Below, in pieces: positions 13,197-27,859 of a DNA stretch of 64,000 nt (positions within the stretch are counted from its first letter, which is position 1; every line of letters starts with the position of its first letter). The position numbers were made by a program, and so were the translations under genes. The stretch comes from Octopus vulgaris. Its lineage: Eukaryota. The notes under the pieces were generated by a model, which was given only the letters and a program-made list of their open reading frames with translations, was not told where the DNA came from and made no database searches. The stretch spans positions 32,426,001-32,490,000 of the forward strand of contig OX597819.1 in the NCBI GenBank assembly GCA_951406725.2, given 5' to 3'.

Positions 13197-14343
13197 CAGC
13201 TATAACGTTTTACACATACATATGTACGTTTATGTGTGTGTATGTACATATACATATATATATATTTACTTATGTGTATGTGTGCTTGCATGTATGTATG
13301 TACGTGTGAATTTGTAATAATGTTCTGTCTACTACGTTAGAATTTATAAGTTTTGAGAGAATTAACGAAGCCATACTGGCAAGTGAATGTGATGTATAGT
13401 GACAGTTATACCTGATCTATTCACGCAACATAAACTAAACTCTAATGTCGATCTCAAATTATATACTTAGGCGTCTCTAACAGGCATTTATAATTTATAA
13501 CATGCTCTTGAAATAAATACACCCACGGCCTTACTGCCATACTATTTCGAAAGCATAATATAAATAATATCAGATGATATAGTTGATAAAACCAAACCAA
13601 TCAAGGAACCAACCTACACTAACCAAATATATTGTCAGTAATATTTGATTTAACTACACAACTACAATACTATAATACTGGCTAGACGTATCTGATTCAT
13701 AATGACAGCCATTGGTAATTTTTACAGACAGTCATATCCGATATATATCAGGCAAGCGTAGCAGATATGATATATACAAGCAGACATAGCGACACTTTTC
13801 TAATAGCATTTATTTAATTGAGATGAACAAATAAAATAAAAAAAGGAAAAGGAAACAAAAAGCTATATAAAATTAAACAATGAAATGACTGATTCATTTT
13901 GATAGCCACAACTGCTTTTGGACGCCATTTTTGATTTAAACAAACAACCAATCACTATTATATGACAAGTGTTTTTAACTGATGCCATTTCCATAGGCTT
14001 CAAGGACGTTTCAGTAACGGTTATTCAGGAAAACTCTATGCGAGTGTTTGACCAGTTTCATGTAAATTGCCATCAATTCAATTCTCCTTTATATCAGTAA
14101 AACCTACTGTCTGAAAAATGAACACGTTGGATCATTGTAATCTTGGGTGTATTGGTGGTTGAAATAAATAATAAGTTCGGATGGCTACGGCAGAATCACT
14201 TTTGATCATAGGTTTGCTTGTCAGGCTAACCTGGGGGATAAACAACAGTTGGCATCATTTAAGAACCTAGCAGAATTGGAAAAGAATTTCAGTATTGGAA
14301 GAGACAACAATACTTTTGTACACAGCGATATAGATGTGTATGT

Positions 14344-14385
<42 letters not shown>

Positions 14386-14389
<4 letters not shown>

Positions 14390-14707
14390 GTTATGTGCCG
14401 GCTTAGCACCATGGACGACAAGCGTTCCAGTTGATCCGATCAACAGAACAGCCTGCTCATAAAACGTGCAAGTGGTTGAGCACTCCACAGACTCGTGTAC
14501 CTTTAACGGAACTCTCAGGGAGATTCAGCAAAACACAAAGTGTGACAATGCTGACACTTTAAAATACAAGTACAACTGTATTTTTTCCAACTGAGTGGAC
14601 TGGAGAAACACGAAATTAAGTGTCTTGCTCAAGGACACAACGCGTCACCGGGAACTGAACTCACGACCTTGCAATCGTGAGCCGAATACCCTAACCATTA
14701 AGCCACG
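14386..14707 (-). mobile_element. SINE family C
   Basis: Reverse complement of the 1972-2192 family, with a longer 3' part. Confidence 0.8.
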
Positions 14708-15248
14708 GGTTCCAAAGATGACAATTCTGATTTCATATTCTCCCAAAGATCAATTTCAGTTTTTTAAATTACTAACCTAAGCGTAAAACTTCAACCTGGA
14801 GTGGGAGCAATCAACTCCTTCGTCTACGTTTACATCAAGTACTTTTTAATCGAAGCCAGAAAGATGAAAGATAAAACATTTTGCCCATCCTCTATCGATT
14901 GTCTCATTCCACCAACACGTTGTGCATCACTTCAAGTGTTTTTTTTATATCACCATCTTTTTCCCATCCCTCCTTTGACTCTACCAATCCACCACCCTTT
15001 AAATACCCTGTACTGTGATGAAGAATTAGAAGATGGGGAATAAATAAAAACATAATATAAAGTTTTTGCATACTGGAGACATTATAAAACATTGACCTTT
15101 CCTATAGACCAATGAAACGTAAGATACCAATGAGAAAAGACCCCCCCCCCCCCCAAAAAAAAACTTGCACTGTGCTAAGAAGCTTGCTTCCCGACCACAT
15201 GGTTCGAGGTTCAATCCTGCAGCGTAGCACCTTGGCCTATTGTCTACC

Positions 15249-15560
15249 AGAACTAGATACAGAACGCTCACCCGAAAGAGAGCATGTATAAAGTTCTACA
15301 TTGAAGTGAAGACATTTGAAAACTACCCCAACTATAACTTGTAGAACTTTATACATGATCTCTTTCGGGTGAGCGTTCTGTGTCTAGTTCTAGAAATTGT
15401 GACTTGTAAGCGACAGACTGCGCAGATGATCTTGCAGTCATTTACATATGTAAATATTAACAAGTGAAACCATATCACGTAGGTAATCGTTTTTTATTTC
15501 GTATATTTTCATTTGTCTTGCTCATTTTTACATTTTGGCGGTTTCCTGAACTTTTTTCTT
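15249..15560 (+). mobile_element. Fold-back element with a decayed HHR motif (Penelope-like?)
   Basis: 52-bp inverted arms 15249-15300 / 15340-15391. Downstream at 15423-15485: CAGATGA-T-CTTG...CAAG-T-GAA-ACC...GGT-A. Confidence 0.5.
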
Positions 15561-16134
15561 GAGAACACATTCTTCGTGGTAATGGCGATTTGACGTCTTT
15601 ATTTAGCATATGAGGAGTCCACTTTAGTGGTCATTCCTCTTAATTTTGTATTTCCGTCAACTAAATCCACTCAGAAGCCTTTGATCGCCCCGAGGCTAGA
15701 ATGGAAGCACCTATCTTATGACTGACAAGGTAGGCAGGCTCCCTACTGCATTCGGGGTGTAAACAGATTACCAATGAAATGCATATATACTAATGCTCAT
15801 CAGTGGCTCTTACCTGATGCCTAGTGCGAAGCTGGCCCTCCTTGTCAGTTTATAAGTGTTACCGTAGAAATCCCACACTGATTTCATAAACGGTAAAAGG
15901 GAAAATTATAAATAATAAAGTTAGCTACTTCGCAATTTACAACCGAAAGGCAGAACTGTAGACGTCACTAAAGTATGTATATATAAATACATACATACAT
16001 ACATACATACATACATACACACACATATATATATATATATAAATATATATATATATAAATGTATATGTATATATATATAGAGAGAGAAATAAACATATAC
16101 ATATTTATATATGTATATATTTAAGTGTGTCTTT

Positions 16135-16330
16135 ATGTCTGTGTTTGCCCCCCCACCACCACCACTGCTTGACAACCAGTGTTGGTGTGCCTACGTCCCC
16201 GTAACTAAGTGGTTCGGACAAAACGAAACCGATACAATAGGTACCAGGCTTTTAAAAAAAGTCCTGAGGTCGATATGTTCAACTAAAACCCTTTAAGCAT
16301 GGCCTCAGTCAAAAGACTGAAACAAGTAAG
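16135..16330 (+). mobile_element. SINE family A, 3' half
   Basis: Matches 11520-11705. Confidence 0.8.
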
Positions 16331-17232
16331 AGATAAACGATAATGGATAAAATGTGCAGTGACAAGGGTTTGTCTGAAATAAAGGACATCCGCTAAATGA
16401 TCTTGTCTCAGGTTCTTTAGGTGAGATCTGTATCCACAATAAATACTAAGATTTCTCGTTGTTTAGCAATATATGCTATCAAGCACGATCACTACAATCT
16501 TTACACTTTACTTTCCTCAGGCGTTTTTCAATAATCTAATATTAACACAATATACTAGCAATAACAAAATAAACAATGCAACAACCTGTTATTTTCTTTC
16601 TTCAATATTTGACTGTTAGTGAATCTAGGATTGATAACACGTTTGATTAAATGAGACATCAAATAATTTAAGTTGATGGCGGATGGTAGAATTGGAAGAG
16701 CTCAAGCTGAGAAACCTTGTGGCATTTGTTAACGTTCTGAGTTCAAACTCTCCTAAACCTGATTCTATTTTGCATGTCAAACTTCCGAAGCAATTATATA
16801 CCGGGTTCGAACTAATTGACTTATCCTCCTATATGGCATTATGGTAGCTCCCCTTCATTTGGCATGAGGATCCAGGCGATCGATTAACTGAAACTGAATA
16901 ACCTTCTCCTTAATGTATAGGTGGCTGAGTATTCCACAGACACATGTCGCTTTAACACTGTTCTCAGGCAGAATCAGCGTGACACAATGTGTGTGACAAG
17001 GGTCTACCTTCTGAATTACAGGTACAATACATCTGATGGGCTTTTTGTACAATTTTCCGTCCACACAATTTAATTCAAAAGGTATCAGTTTACCCGAGGT
17101 TGAAGAAAAGGACATCTGCCCAAGATGCAATGCAGTGGGATGAGACTCGGGACGTCATAGTTGCAAAGCAAGCTTCTTAACTATTGGCCCATATGCACCT
17201 ATATGACGTTATATCAATGCTAGAAAAATCAG

Positions 17233-17445
17233 AGCGAGAGGAATCGTTGGTACGAGAGGCAAAATGCTCAGTAGCATTTCTTCCGCCTTCTAGTTCTGTG
17301 TTCAACTTCCGCCGAGGTCGACTTTGCCTTTCACCCTTTCGGGGTCGATAAAATAAGTACAAGTACCAGTTGAGCACTGGGGTCGAAGTAATCGACTTAC
17401 CCTTTTTCCTTGAATTTGCTGGCCTTGTGCCAAAATCTGAAACCA
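17233..17445 (+). mobile_element. SINE family B
   Basis: Family core plus the gccttgtgccaaaatctgaaacc tail. Confidence 0.8.
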
Positions 17446-17853
17446 TTATAATTTTTTGACAGAATTGGTTGAGTGACAGATAAATGATTCTGTGATATTT
17501 CATTATGTCTCTTTTACGTACTGAGTTGAAGTCACGCCAACGTGAAATTTGCTTTTCATTTTTCTCGGATGAATAAAATAAATGCCAGCTATATGCTAGT
17601 GTAGATGTAATCGATTACCTTCTCCTCCATTATTTGTAAACATTTAGGATTACGAAAATCAGTGAAATTAGAGACACTGTGAAATCTTGATATCTGTAAT
17701 ACTTAATTTTGTTCGTATGTGCTCTGAGCTTCAATCTCAGTAATTTTTTTCCTTTTGGCTTTTATGCATTAGATGTTAATAAAATAAATATTACCGGTTA
17801 TATACAAGACTAAATCACTCAACCTCATCATTCTTTAAATATTCCTGCCAAAA

Positions 17854-18900
17854 CGGCGGCGAGCTGGCAGAAACGTTAGCATGCCGGGCGAAATGCTTAG
17901 CAGTATTTCGTCTGCCGCTACGTTCTGAGTTCAAATTCCGTCGAGGTTGACTTTGCCTTTCATCCTTTCGTGGTCGATAAATTAAGTACCAGTTGCGCAC
18001 TGAGGTAGATCTAATCGACTGGTCCCCTCCCCCAAAATTCTGGGCCTTGTCCCTAGAGTAGAAAAGAATATTTCTGCCAAAATGGCGGAGTGTTGGCAGA
18101 AACGTTAGCACGCCGGGCGAAATGCTTAGCAGTATTTCGTCTGCCGTTACGTTCTGAGTTCAAATTCCGCCGAGGTCGACTTTGCTTTTCATTCTTTCGG
18201 GGTCGATAGATTAAGTACCAGTTACGCACTGGGGTCGATGTAATCGACTTAATCCGTTTGTCTGTCCTTGTTTGTCCTCTGTGTTTAGCCCCCTGTGGGT
18301 AGTAAAGAAATAAGTATTTCGTCTGCTGCTACGTTCTGAGTACAAATTCCGCCGAGGTCGACTTTGCCTTTCATCCTTTTAGGGTCGATTAAATAAATAC
18401 CAGTTATACACTGGGGTCGATCTAATCGACTTAATCCGTTTGATTGTCCTTGTTTGTCCCCTCTGTGTATAGCCCCTTGTGGGCAATAAAGAAATAAGAA
18501 ACGTTAGCACGCCGGGTGAAGTGCTTGGCGGTATTTCGTCTGTCTTTACGTTCTGAGTTCAAATTCCGCCGAGGTCGATTTTGCCTTTCATCCTTCGGGG
18601 TCGATAAATTGAGTACCAACTGGTCTCCTCCCCAAAAGTTTCGGGCCGTGTGCCTAGAGTAGAAAAGAATATTTCTGCCAAAAAAAAAAAAAAAAAGCGT
18701 CGTGCTGCCAGAATCGTTACCGCTCCGGGTAAAGTGCTTTGTGGCATTTTGACCGTCTTTACGTTCTGAGTTCAAATTTTGCCTAGGAATGATTTTGCCT
18801 TCCATCCTTTCGGGGTCGATAAAATAAATACCATTTGAGCACAAGGGTCGATGTAATCTCCTTTCCCGAACTTGCTGGTGTTTTGCCAAAAGTTGAAACT
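17854..18900 (+). mobile_element. Head-to-tail cluster of five SINE-B units
   Basis: Units start at about 17854, 18083, 18313, 18498 and 18697. Two alternative tails are used. Confidence 0.9.
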
Positions 18901-21059
18901 AATATTTCCGCCGTAAATAGTAAACGGATTTAAGGAATGGTAATCGTATAACTCATTATGTTAATCGTTTTGATTTCTTATATTAAGACAATGTCTCTTA
19001 TGTAGAGGAAGATGGATATTGTTAATTACACCGATCTAGTGTTCAACTGGTACTTATTTTAGCTACCGGGAAGTAAGAAAATCACTGTGGACCTTGATAG
19101 GAACAGATAGCACAAACACTTTTAGTTCCCCATATCTACAAAATTTACCAAAACACCAACCATGATGATGCTAATCACGTTGAGATTAGAACCGAGATAA
19201 AAGCTGTAATATCTCATCTTTTTGAATCCTTTAAAATATATGGACAAACGGTCGCGTGATCAGCTGCAAACGGCATCTAAAACTCCCTCAAATTACACCT
19301 TTTCATCTTAAGAATGTTACGTTCCGGTGTACTCTGTATCTCAATAATAGATTGGATGATAACGGTTACAATGCTTTCGATCATAGATCTGTTCAGTCGT
19401 GGTTGACTTAGTGCTAAACTACATCACTAAGAAATACCAAAATATTTAATTTCTGTGACTGATGCCAGAAAGCTTCCATTCCAGATCGGAGTCGGTTTAC
19501 GTCTCTTATATTACTAAAACTCATAAGAACTGAATGATTACCACTCAGTCTCATTTCTCTTAACTATAACTTTGTAGCCTAGACGAGGAGCCTAACCGAG
19601 AAATCAATATTTACTAATAATTCAGAGAACTGTGCTAGGAAGACGTTGTATCGAAATCAATATGCTGAGTAAGCTAAAACATTCGATTCTATGTAGTACA
19701 AATATCTATTTAGTATTTCTCATTGTTGCTTTTATCTCTTTCTCATCTTTTACTATCTATTTCTCTACTCATCTATCTTTCTATATATCTATCCATCTAG
19801 ATATCTATCTGTCTACATAGCTTTCCATTCTCTTGCTTTCCTACCAACCTATCTTCCTATCGAGATATACTTACTACTATTTATTTAAACAACGATACGA
19901 TGTTTTCATGGTCATTTATACTTTGGGAATTTTGTAAACAGACAGACGTTTTCTTTTTTTTTCTTGATAAGAAGTCATAATTTAATGCAAGAAAATATGG
20001 CTAATTGGCAAAAATCGGTAAGGGGTATTTGTCTGTGCATCACGTGACATGATGTCACGTGATGTCCAGACAAATGAAAAAGACAATTAAAGATATCCCA
20101 ATCATGACCATCTTTTTTTGCATATTGTACTAGGGATACATTATGCAACATGTCCTTTTCAAGAGAATAAATTGCGATTTATGGAGATTCAGCAGGTTTA
20201 ACAACTGTATAGAGGCTTCTTTGTAGATGCCTGGTATTTATTTATATCATTTTATAGTGTGGATTTAAATTCTCTTTGATTTTGTTCTCTCCATAGCTAC
20301 AGTTAAGAACAGGGGTGGATCAGTTAAAATTAGGGGTTAATAGAATAACTATCAATTAAGTACTTGATGTAGGGTCAATTGAAATCGATTATATTCATCA
20401 TAAGCAGATATCCAATAGCGAATCGATAATTTATTTCTATCTAAGTGGTTCCTCAGTAACAACCATTCATAATTCTTATGTCCGAATTCTAGAATTTTAC
20501 TTTCTCAATTCTTTACATGTCGAGTAAATGAAGGTGTTTTTACTGTAGAAATAAGTGTAAAAATCTCCCTCTGATCATATTTTATTTACTTATATAAAGG
20601 CGGGACAATTTAGAGCTTGTGATCCCTGATGGACTGTGTCTTGGGGAAAAAATACGAAACATTAATTGCTAGAACATCCTTACTCGAAATCGGAACTAAG
20701 GAATAATCTAGAACTAAACAACAATAAAGTGTGAAGGCCATATCTGAAGTATCTTTCTTCTTATGTGTTTTGAATTAGGGGCACCTGGGTTATATAACAA
20801 GGCATGATGGCCATAGCTGGAGAATCCTTGACCCTAGAACCGCGCAATGAGGTCTAACCTAAAGCAAAATAACATGTTTTGCCCTTTCAGGTACCTCTTC
20901 AACTAAGTATTTTAATTCCTGCAAACTTAGATTACACATAATTCCATCTTAAGATATTCATTTGCTTAATCAAGCAATTTGACGACTTAAGAAGGAATTT
21001 CTTCTGAGGTGGACACACAACAATGAATTGTCCGGTATTTCTTTTATGTTACTTCCTTC

Positions 21060-21642
21060 AACCTACACCGCCGCCGCCGCCGCCGCCGCCGCCAACATCA
21101 CCACCGGCACCACCGCCGTCGCCGCCGCCGCCGACACCCCTGCCATCGGAACAGCAGCAGCAACATCAACGTTAGAGTTATCTGCCTTATGACAAGCATA
21201 TAATTACCACAACTGCTTCCGCCAGTTAATCATAAACACAAACACTTCAACGGCCATTTTCCTATTAATAGCATGCTCCTCCATTTCTCTCCTCCTCCTC
21301 CACCACCACCACCACCACCACCACCACCGCCACCATCATCACCACCACCACCACCACCATTACCACCACCACCTCCTCCATCATCACCACCTCCTCCTCC
21401 TCCACCTCCACCACCACCACCTCCTCCTCCTCTTCTCACACCCTCTCCATCCACCTCTCATCCTCCCCTTCCACCTCTCACTCCACCTTCTTCCTCCACC
21501 CTCCTCCCCTCCTCTTCTTCCTCCCTCCTCTACTCTTCTCCTCCTTCTCCCCATCCTTCTGCCCCCCTCCTCTACCTCCCGCACCCTCCCTCCACCGCCT
21601 CCACCACCACCACCACCACCACCACCACCACCACCACCACAC

Positions 21643-21706
<64 letters not shown>

Positions 21707-21721
21707 TTCATCATCATCATC

Positions 21722-21773
<52 letters not shown>

Positions 21774-22258
21774 GCATCATCATCATCATCATCATCATCA
21801 TCAGCATCATCATCATCATCACTCCCAACAACACCACTCTACCTCGACCATCTCCGTCAACACCTATTGAAACTTGCGCCAATCCTCTCACTGAATATCA
21901 TGGAAATGACCACCACTTTTTGCAACTTATTAACAACTACTACATTCGAAAAGGAGATCAGTTTCAAAGCAGAAGCGCCTGTTGAAGAATGTGAGGTCAT
22001 CTTGTGGATGCGGTGCATATCAGCGAGATCAAAGTTCACCTGTTATACTGGCAGGAATTCGCGTATAGACATAATTCATTCAGAAATTCCAGCTGGAGAG
22101 ACGTTCAGTGATGGATGTAGGTGATGGTAGGGGGGGTATACCTTTCTTCTTCTTTTCTTCTTTTTTTTTTATTCTAACCATTATTATCAAGTGGAACTCC
22201 AAGATTAGCGAGCGTTTACATTGTGTTTCGTCAGGTGGAAAGCATCTGTCTGCCTGCC

Positions 22259-22295
<37 letters not shown>

Positions 22296-22955
22296 TTCTC
22301 TCTCTCTCTCGCTCTGACGAAGAGGCAATCTTGGAACACTGGATTTCACCCCCCCCAATCCCATGGTATATAAGCTCAGCCAAAACTCACGTATCAAACA
22401 TCCCTGTAAGATATATGCTGGAAGCAGGAGGTAGGTAGCATCAAGCTTCTCGGATCATCAACTTCCGGCCATTACTACAACTAACAACCTTTATTTCCAC
22501 TTCTTTCCACAGCAGCATCACCTCTTGCGCCACCACAGCCGAACGTCCAACTCAAACACTGCAACGCCACTACAACCAAAACTATATCATCACACCGCCA
22601 CCGCCGCCGCCGCTGCCGCCGCTGCCGCCGCCGCCACCACATCCACCACCACCACAACCACAACCACCACCACCACCACCACAACCACAACCACCACCAC
22701 CACCACCACCACCACAACCCCCTCACCACTAACATTCATTACCACCAGCGCCGCCAACGTCACTACCTCCACCCTCAGCAACACCACCCCAAACCATCCA
22801 ACACCATTCGCGGTCGCCGCCTCTGCTGACATCACAACCACTTGCAAACACCTTCATCGTAGCTGAGATATCCTCGATTTTGTTGAGAGTTCTTCCCAGA
22901 ATACCTCAGCACCGACAGTTTTCTCTTTCTCCCCCTCTTTCACCCTCTCTTCCTT

Positions 22956-23003
<48 letters not shown>

Positions 23004-23432
23004 GTGTTGCTTTCTCTCGTGTCTTATTGATTCTCGGTCGCCATCTTGAGCATCACTAGCCATGCCTCCTGTTGCACCTCCTCCTACACTTTTTCTTTCT
23101 CCTCCTCCTTCTCTCCTTCCTCTCACCTCTGCCAAACATCTCCTCCTGTCCATTGTCTCTTCTCCCCATAGCTTCATTTGCAGACAGTCGCTATTTGTCT
23201 TCTCCATGTATGTGTGTATGTGTGTGTGTGTACATGTGTGTGTGTGTGCGCGCGCGCGTGTGTGTGTGTGTGCGTGCGTGTGTGTGTATGTGACATTTCT
23301 CCACATTCACTATTACCTTCGTCTCTCCATCTTCAACCATCACAAAAATGATTTCACACAATTGTCCATATGTGTGTGTGTGTGTGTGTGTGTGCGTGTG
23401 AGTGTGTGTATATGTGTGTAAAACGAAATGTT

Positions 23433-23516
<84 letters not shown>

Positions 23517-23798
23517 TAATATATATAATACATATATATATATAGCCATTTCCTCCTTAACTCCCATAGTAACTTCCCATTTGAGAAAAACCATTCACTT
23601 TTCATGTTTCGTTCATCTTCCTCCTCCTTCTTCTTCTTCTTCTTCTTCTTCTTCTTCTTCTTCTTCTTCTTCTTCTTCTTCTAGTGCACGCTTGCAATTA
23701 TGCACGTGTCGATATTTCTGCATGTGATTGCGTTTCTGTGCATGTATGAATGCGTATGTGTGTGCATACTTGACTTGCATGTGCGTGTGTATACGTAC

Positions 23799-23831
<33 letters not shown>

Positions 23832-23860
23832 TGTGTGCATGCATGTGTGTGTAAATATGG

Positions 23861-23891
<31 letters not shown>

Positions 23892-24253
23892 ACTTCTGTA
23901 GGATACCTGTTGTCTGTGTGTCGGTGATCTCTGCATATTAATATGTCTGTACTTGTACACGATAACATTGACTGGATAACAAGTATTATGATACTAACAA
24001 CAACAACAACAATAATAACAGCTGCAACAACAACCCGAAGAACAACAATGACAACAGCCGCAACGACAACGACGACGTTGGCAATGGTGGCCATAACGGC
24101 GGCAATGGTAGCAGCAGCAGCAGCAGCAGCGACAGTGGCAGGAGTAATAGCAGCAGCAGCAGTGAAAAGAGTAGTAACAGCAGCAGCAACAGTGGTAGCA
24201 GCAGCAGCAACAACAACAGTAGTAACAGCAGCAGCAGCATCAGCAGTAGCAAA

Positions 24254-24285
<32 letters not shown>

Positions 24286-24320
24286 TAGCAGAACCGAAAG
24301 CAACCGCAACAACATCAAAC
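21060..24320. repeat. Trinucleotide-rich low-complexity domain: (GCC)n, (CCA)n, (TCA)n, (TTC)n, (GCA)n
   Basis: Directly visible. It generates the poly-P/S/T/A ORFs in the track. Confidence 0.9.
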
Positions 24321-24399
24321 GTATCCCAGACAGATGCACGTGCCAAGACTTACTGGTGGAGAAGATGGGCTGCATACAGGAGGAAGCACATTTTTGAAT

Positions 24400-25740
<1,341 letters not shown>

Positions 25741-25856
25741 ATGTATGAACGTATGCTTGTGTGCGTATGTCATGAGTAGCTATCACAGACAATTTACTTT
25801 TTCATGCAACAATACGAAGGAACATGTGTTATTCACACAAACACACGCAGGCGGCC

Positions 25857-25897
<41 letters not shown>

Positions 25898-25979
25898 GGT
25901 CCCGGGTTGATTCGGAGTTAACCACAGTAAATAAGGTACTCAATACATAGCAGAGTAAAAATAATTTATTATATAGAAG

Positions 25980-26032
25980 GAGCTTCTACAGGACTAGAAC
26001 TGTTTCATTCAAGAGAAATCTTCAGGAAGCTC
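25980..26032 (-). ncRNA. Type-I hammerhead ribozyme
   Basis: GAGCTTC-CTGAAGA-T-TTC tctt GAA-T-GAA-ACAG ttctagtc CTGT-A-GAAGCTC: 7-bp stem I, 4-bp stem III and a GUA site. Confidence 0.75.
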
Positions 26033-26033
26033 A

Positions 26034-26086
26034 GAGCTTCCTGAAGATTTCTCTTGAATGAAACAGTTCTAGTCCTGTAGAACTCC
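26034..26086 (+). ncRNA. Type-I hammerhead ribozyme, mirror copy
   Basis: Same motif on the plus strand with a 1-nt deletion in the 3' strand of stem I (GAA-CTC). Confidence 0.65.
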
Positions 26087-26094
26087 TTCTATAT

Positions 26095-26137
<43 letters not shown>

Positions 26138-26767
26138 TATAGATAGATATAGATATATACATATTTGTATGTATAAGTTTATGTATAGACACATATATAT
26201 GTATGCATATATACATGTATATATATATATGCAAGCAATAACTCATATAATGGCTGATTATATGAATACCCATAATTCAAAACGTACAACAATTCACATA
26301 AACGAGGCACGTGTATGTTGTAATACTATATAGGCATGCATTAAATATTCATTACATCTGTCTCTGTATGTTAGAATTATCAAAAACTCATTTCGCTAGA
26401 TATTTTATATGTGCTCGGTTAGGATAAAGACTTCGATTTGATCATCATCATTAGAACTATACTCAGGAGATATCACAAAGATGGCACTTCTAACCTCATA
26501 CAGATATAATAAAGCGAAAGCGCAATCTCTTTGAGTTATAACATTTCTTTTTTAGAATATGACAACCTAATTATGTTCTTTAGAAATTAAGACATTTTTT
26601 TTCCTGTTTTCTGTATTTATTTAAAACGTTCTATTTTAGCAAGAAATACCTCATGAAATTTTAAGCGATAAACAGTTCATTGGGTTTACGTTGCTTTCAC
26701 GAAAGCACAAAGCATCACGCATATCTTGTAGATGTCTCGAATCCAAACAATAGCTTTAGCCATAGTT

Positions 26768-26972
26768 ACTTTCTTACTCTTTTACTTGTTTCAAGTCCTG
26801 TGATTGTGGCCATGCTGGATCACCGCCTTTAGTCGAGCAAACTGACCCCAGGACTTATTCTTTGTAAGCCTAGTACTTGTTCTATCGGTTTTCTTTTGCC
26901 GAACCGCTAAGTTACGGGGACGTAAACACAACAGCATTGGTTGTCAAGCGATGTTGGAGGGGACAAACACAG
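26768..26972 (-). mobile_element. SINE family A, 3' half
   Basis: Reverse complement of 11520-11720. Confidence 0.85.
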
Positions 26973-27107
26973 ACATACAAACATATACAGACACATGCAT
27001 ACATACATACATACATACATACATACACACACATATATATATATACATACAAGCATACATACATACATACATACATACATACATACATACATACATACAT
27101 ACATACA

Positions 27108-27138
<31 letters not shown>

Positions 27139-27175
27139 GTATACATGGGTGGACGAAAACTGAAAGAAATCCGTC

Positions 27176-27205
<30 letters not shown>

Positions 27206-27208
<3 letters not shown>

Positions 27209-27840
27209 CAAATAAAATATGGAGAGTATATAAAATCGACAGACATCAGCCGGTAAACATTCCAGTATGTCTATTTATTCAAATGTATTGGATGAATACA
27301 CACACATGTATTACTGGTACAGATTATCAAGAGCCCTACTGCTAAATATAAATAAAAGGATCTTAAACCTTTCCACAAATGAAAAGATTTTTGATAAACA
27401 TAAAGATTGGTTTAACATAGCACTAAAAATGCGGAATATAAAGACGAAATTAAATACTTCCCCCGAAACACTAATAGTAATAGGAATAATAATATAGACA
27501 ATAGTAGAGATAGGACTAATACCAGTAACAATAATAATGCCTTTAACGCAAATAATAATAACAATAATAACAATAATGATTATAATAACAATAACAGCAA
27601 CAATAAATAAGGAATGTTTACCGGCTGATGTCTGTCGATTTTGTATCCTCTCCACTTTCTTATTTGCCTTATAAATCAAGGGCGACGCACTCTTAACCTC
27701 CGCCCATATATAATACCCAATTGCGAGATTGCTATGCAATAACTAGCACTTGGGCATGAATTATTTGGTACACTACCACCAGTATATTGGATAGGTACTA
27801 ACCCTTAGTTGATTTCTCAACCTCTAACTCAAACAGAAAT
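27206..27840 (+). mobile_element. Penelope-like retroelement remnant with inverted terminal segment
   Basis: Inverted arms 27206-27263 / 27611-27669. 27323-27460 encodes IIKS/LLLNINKRILNLSTNEKIFDKHKDWFNIALK, resembling the Penelope RT thumb after the HP motif, followed by an Asn-rich linker. TA-rich flanks. Confidence 0.7.
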
Positions 27841-27859
27841 ATATATATATATGTATATA

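Larger units (their letters stand above)
25896..26099. mobile_element. Palindromic Penelope-like pLTR element between (TA)n tracts
   Basis: Near-perfect palindrome 25966-26099 centred on 26033 (one 1-nt indel), containing two back-to-back HHR motifs. Confidence 0.75.

Noticed and set aside
21273-22124. 283-aa Pro/Ser/Thr-rich ORF
   Set aside because: Produced by (CCA)/(TCA) runs that lack stops. The unique tail has no recognisable domain.
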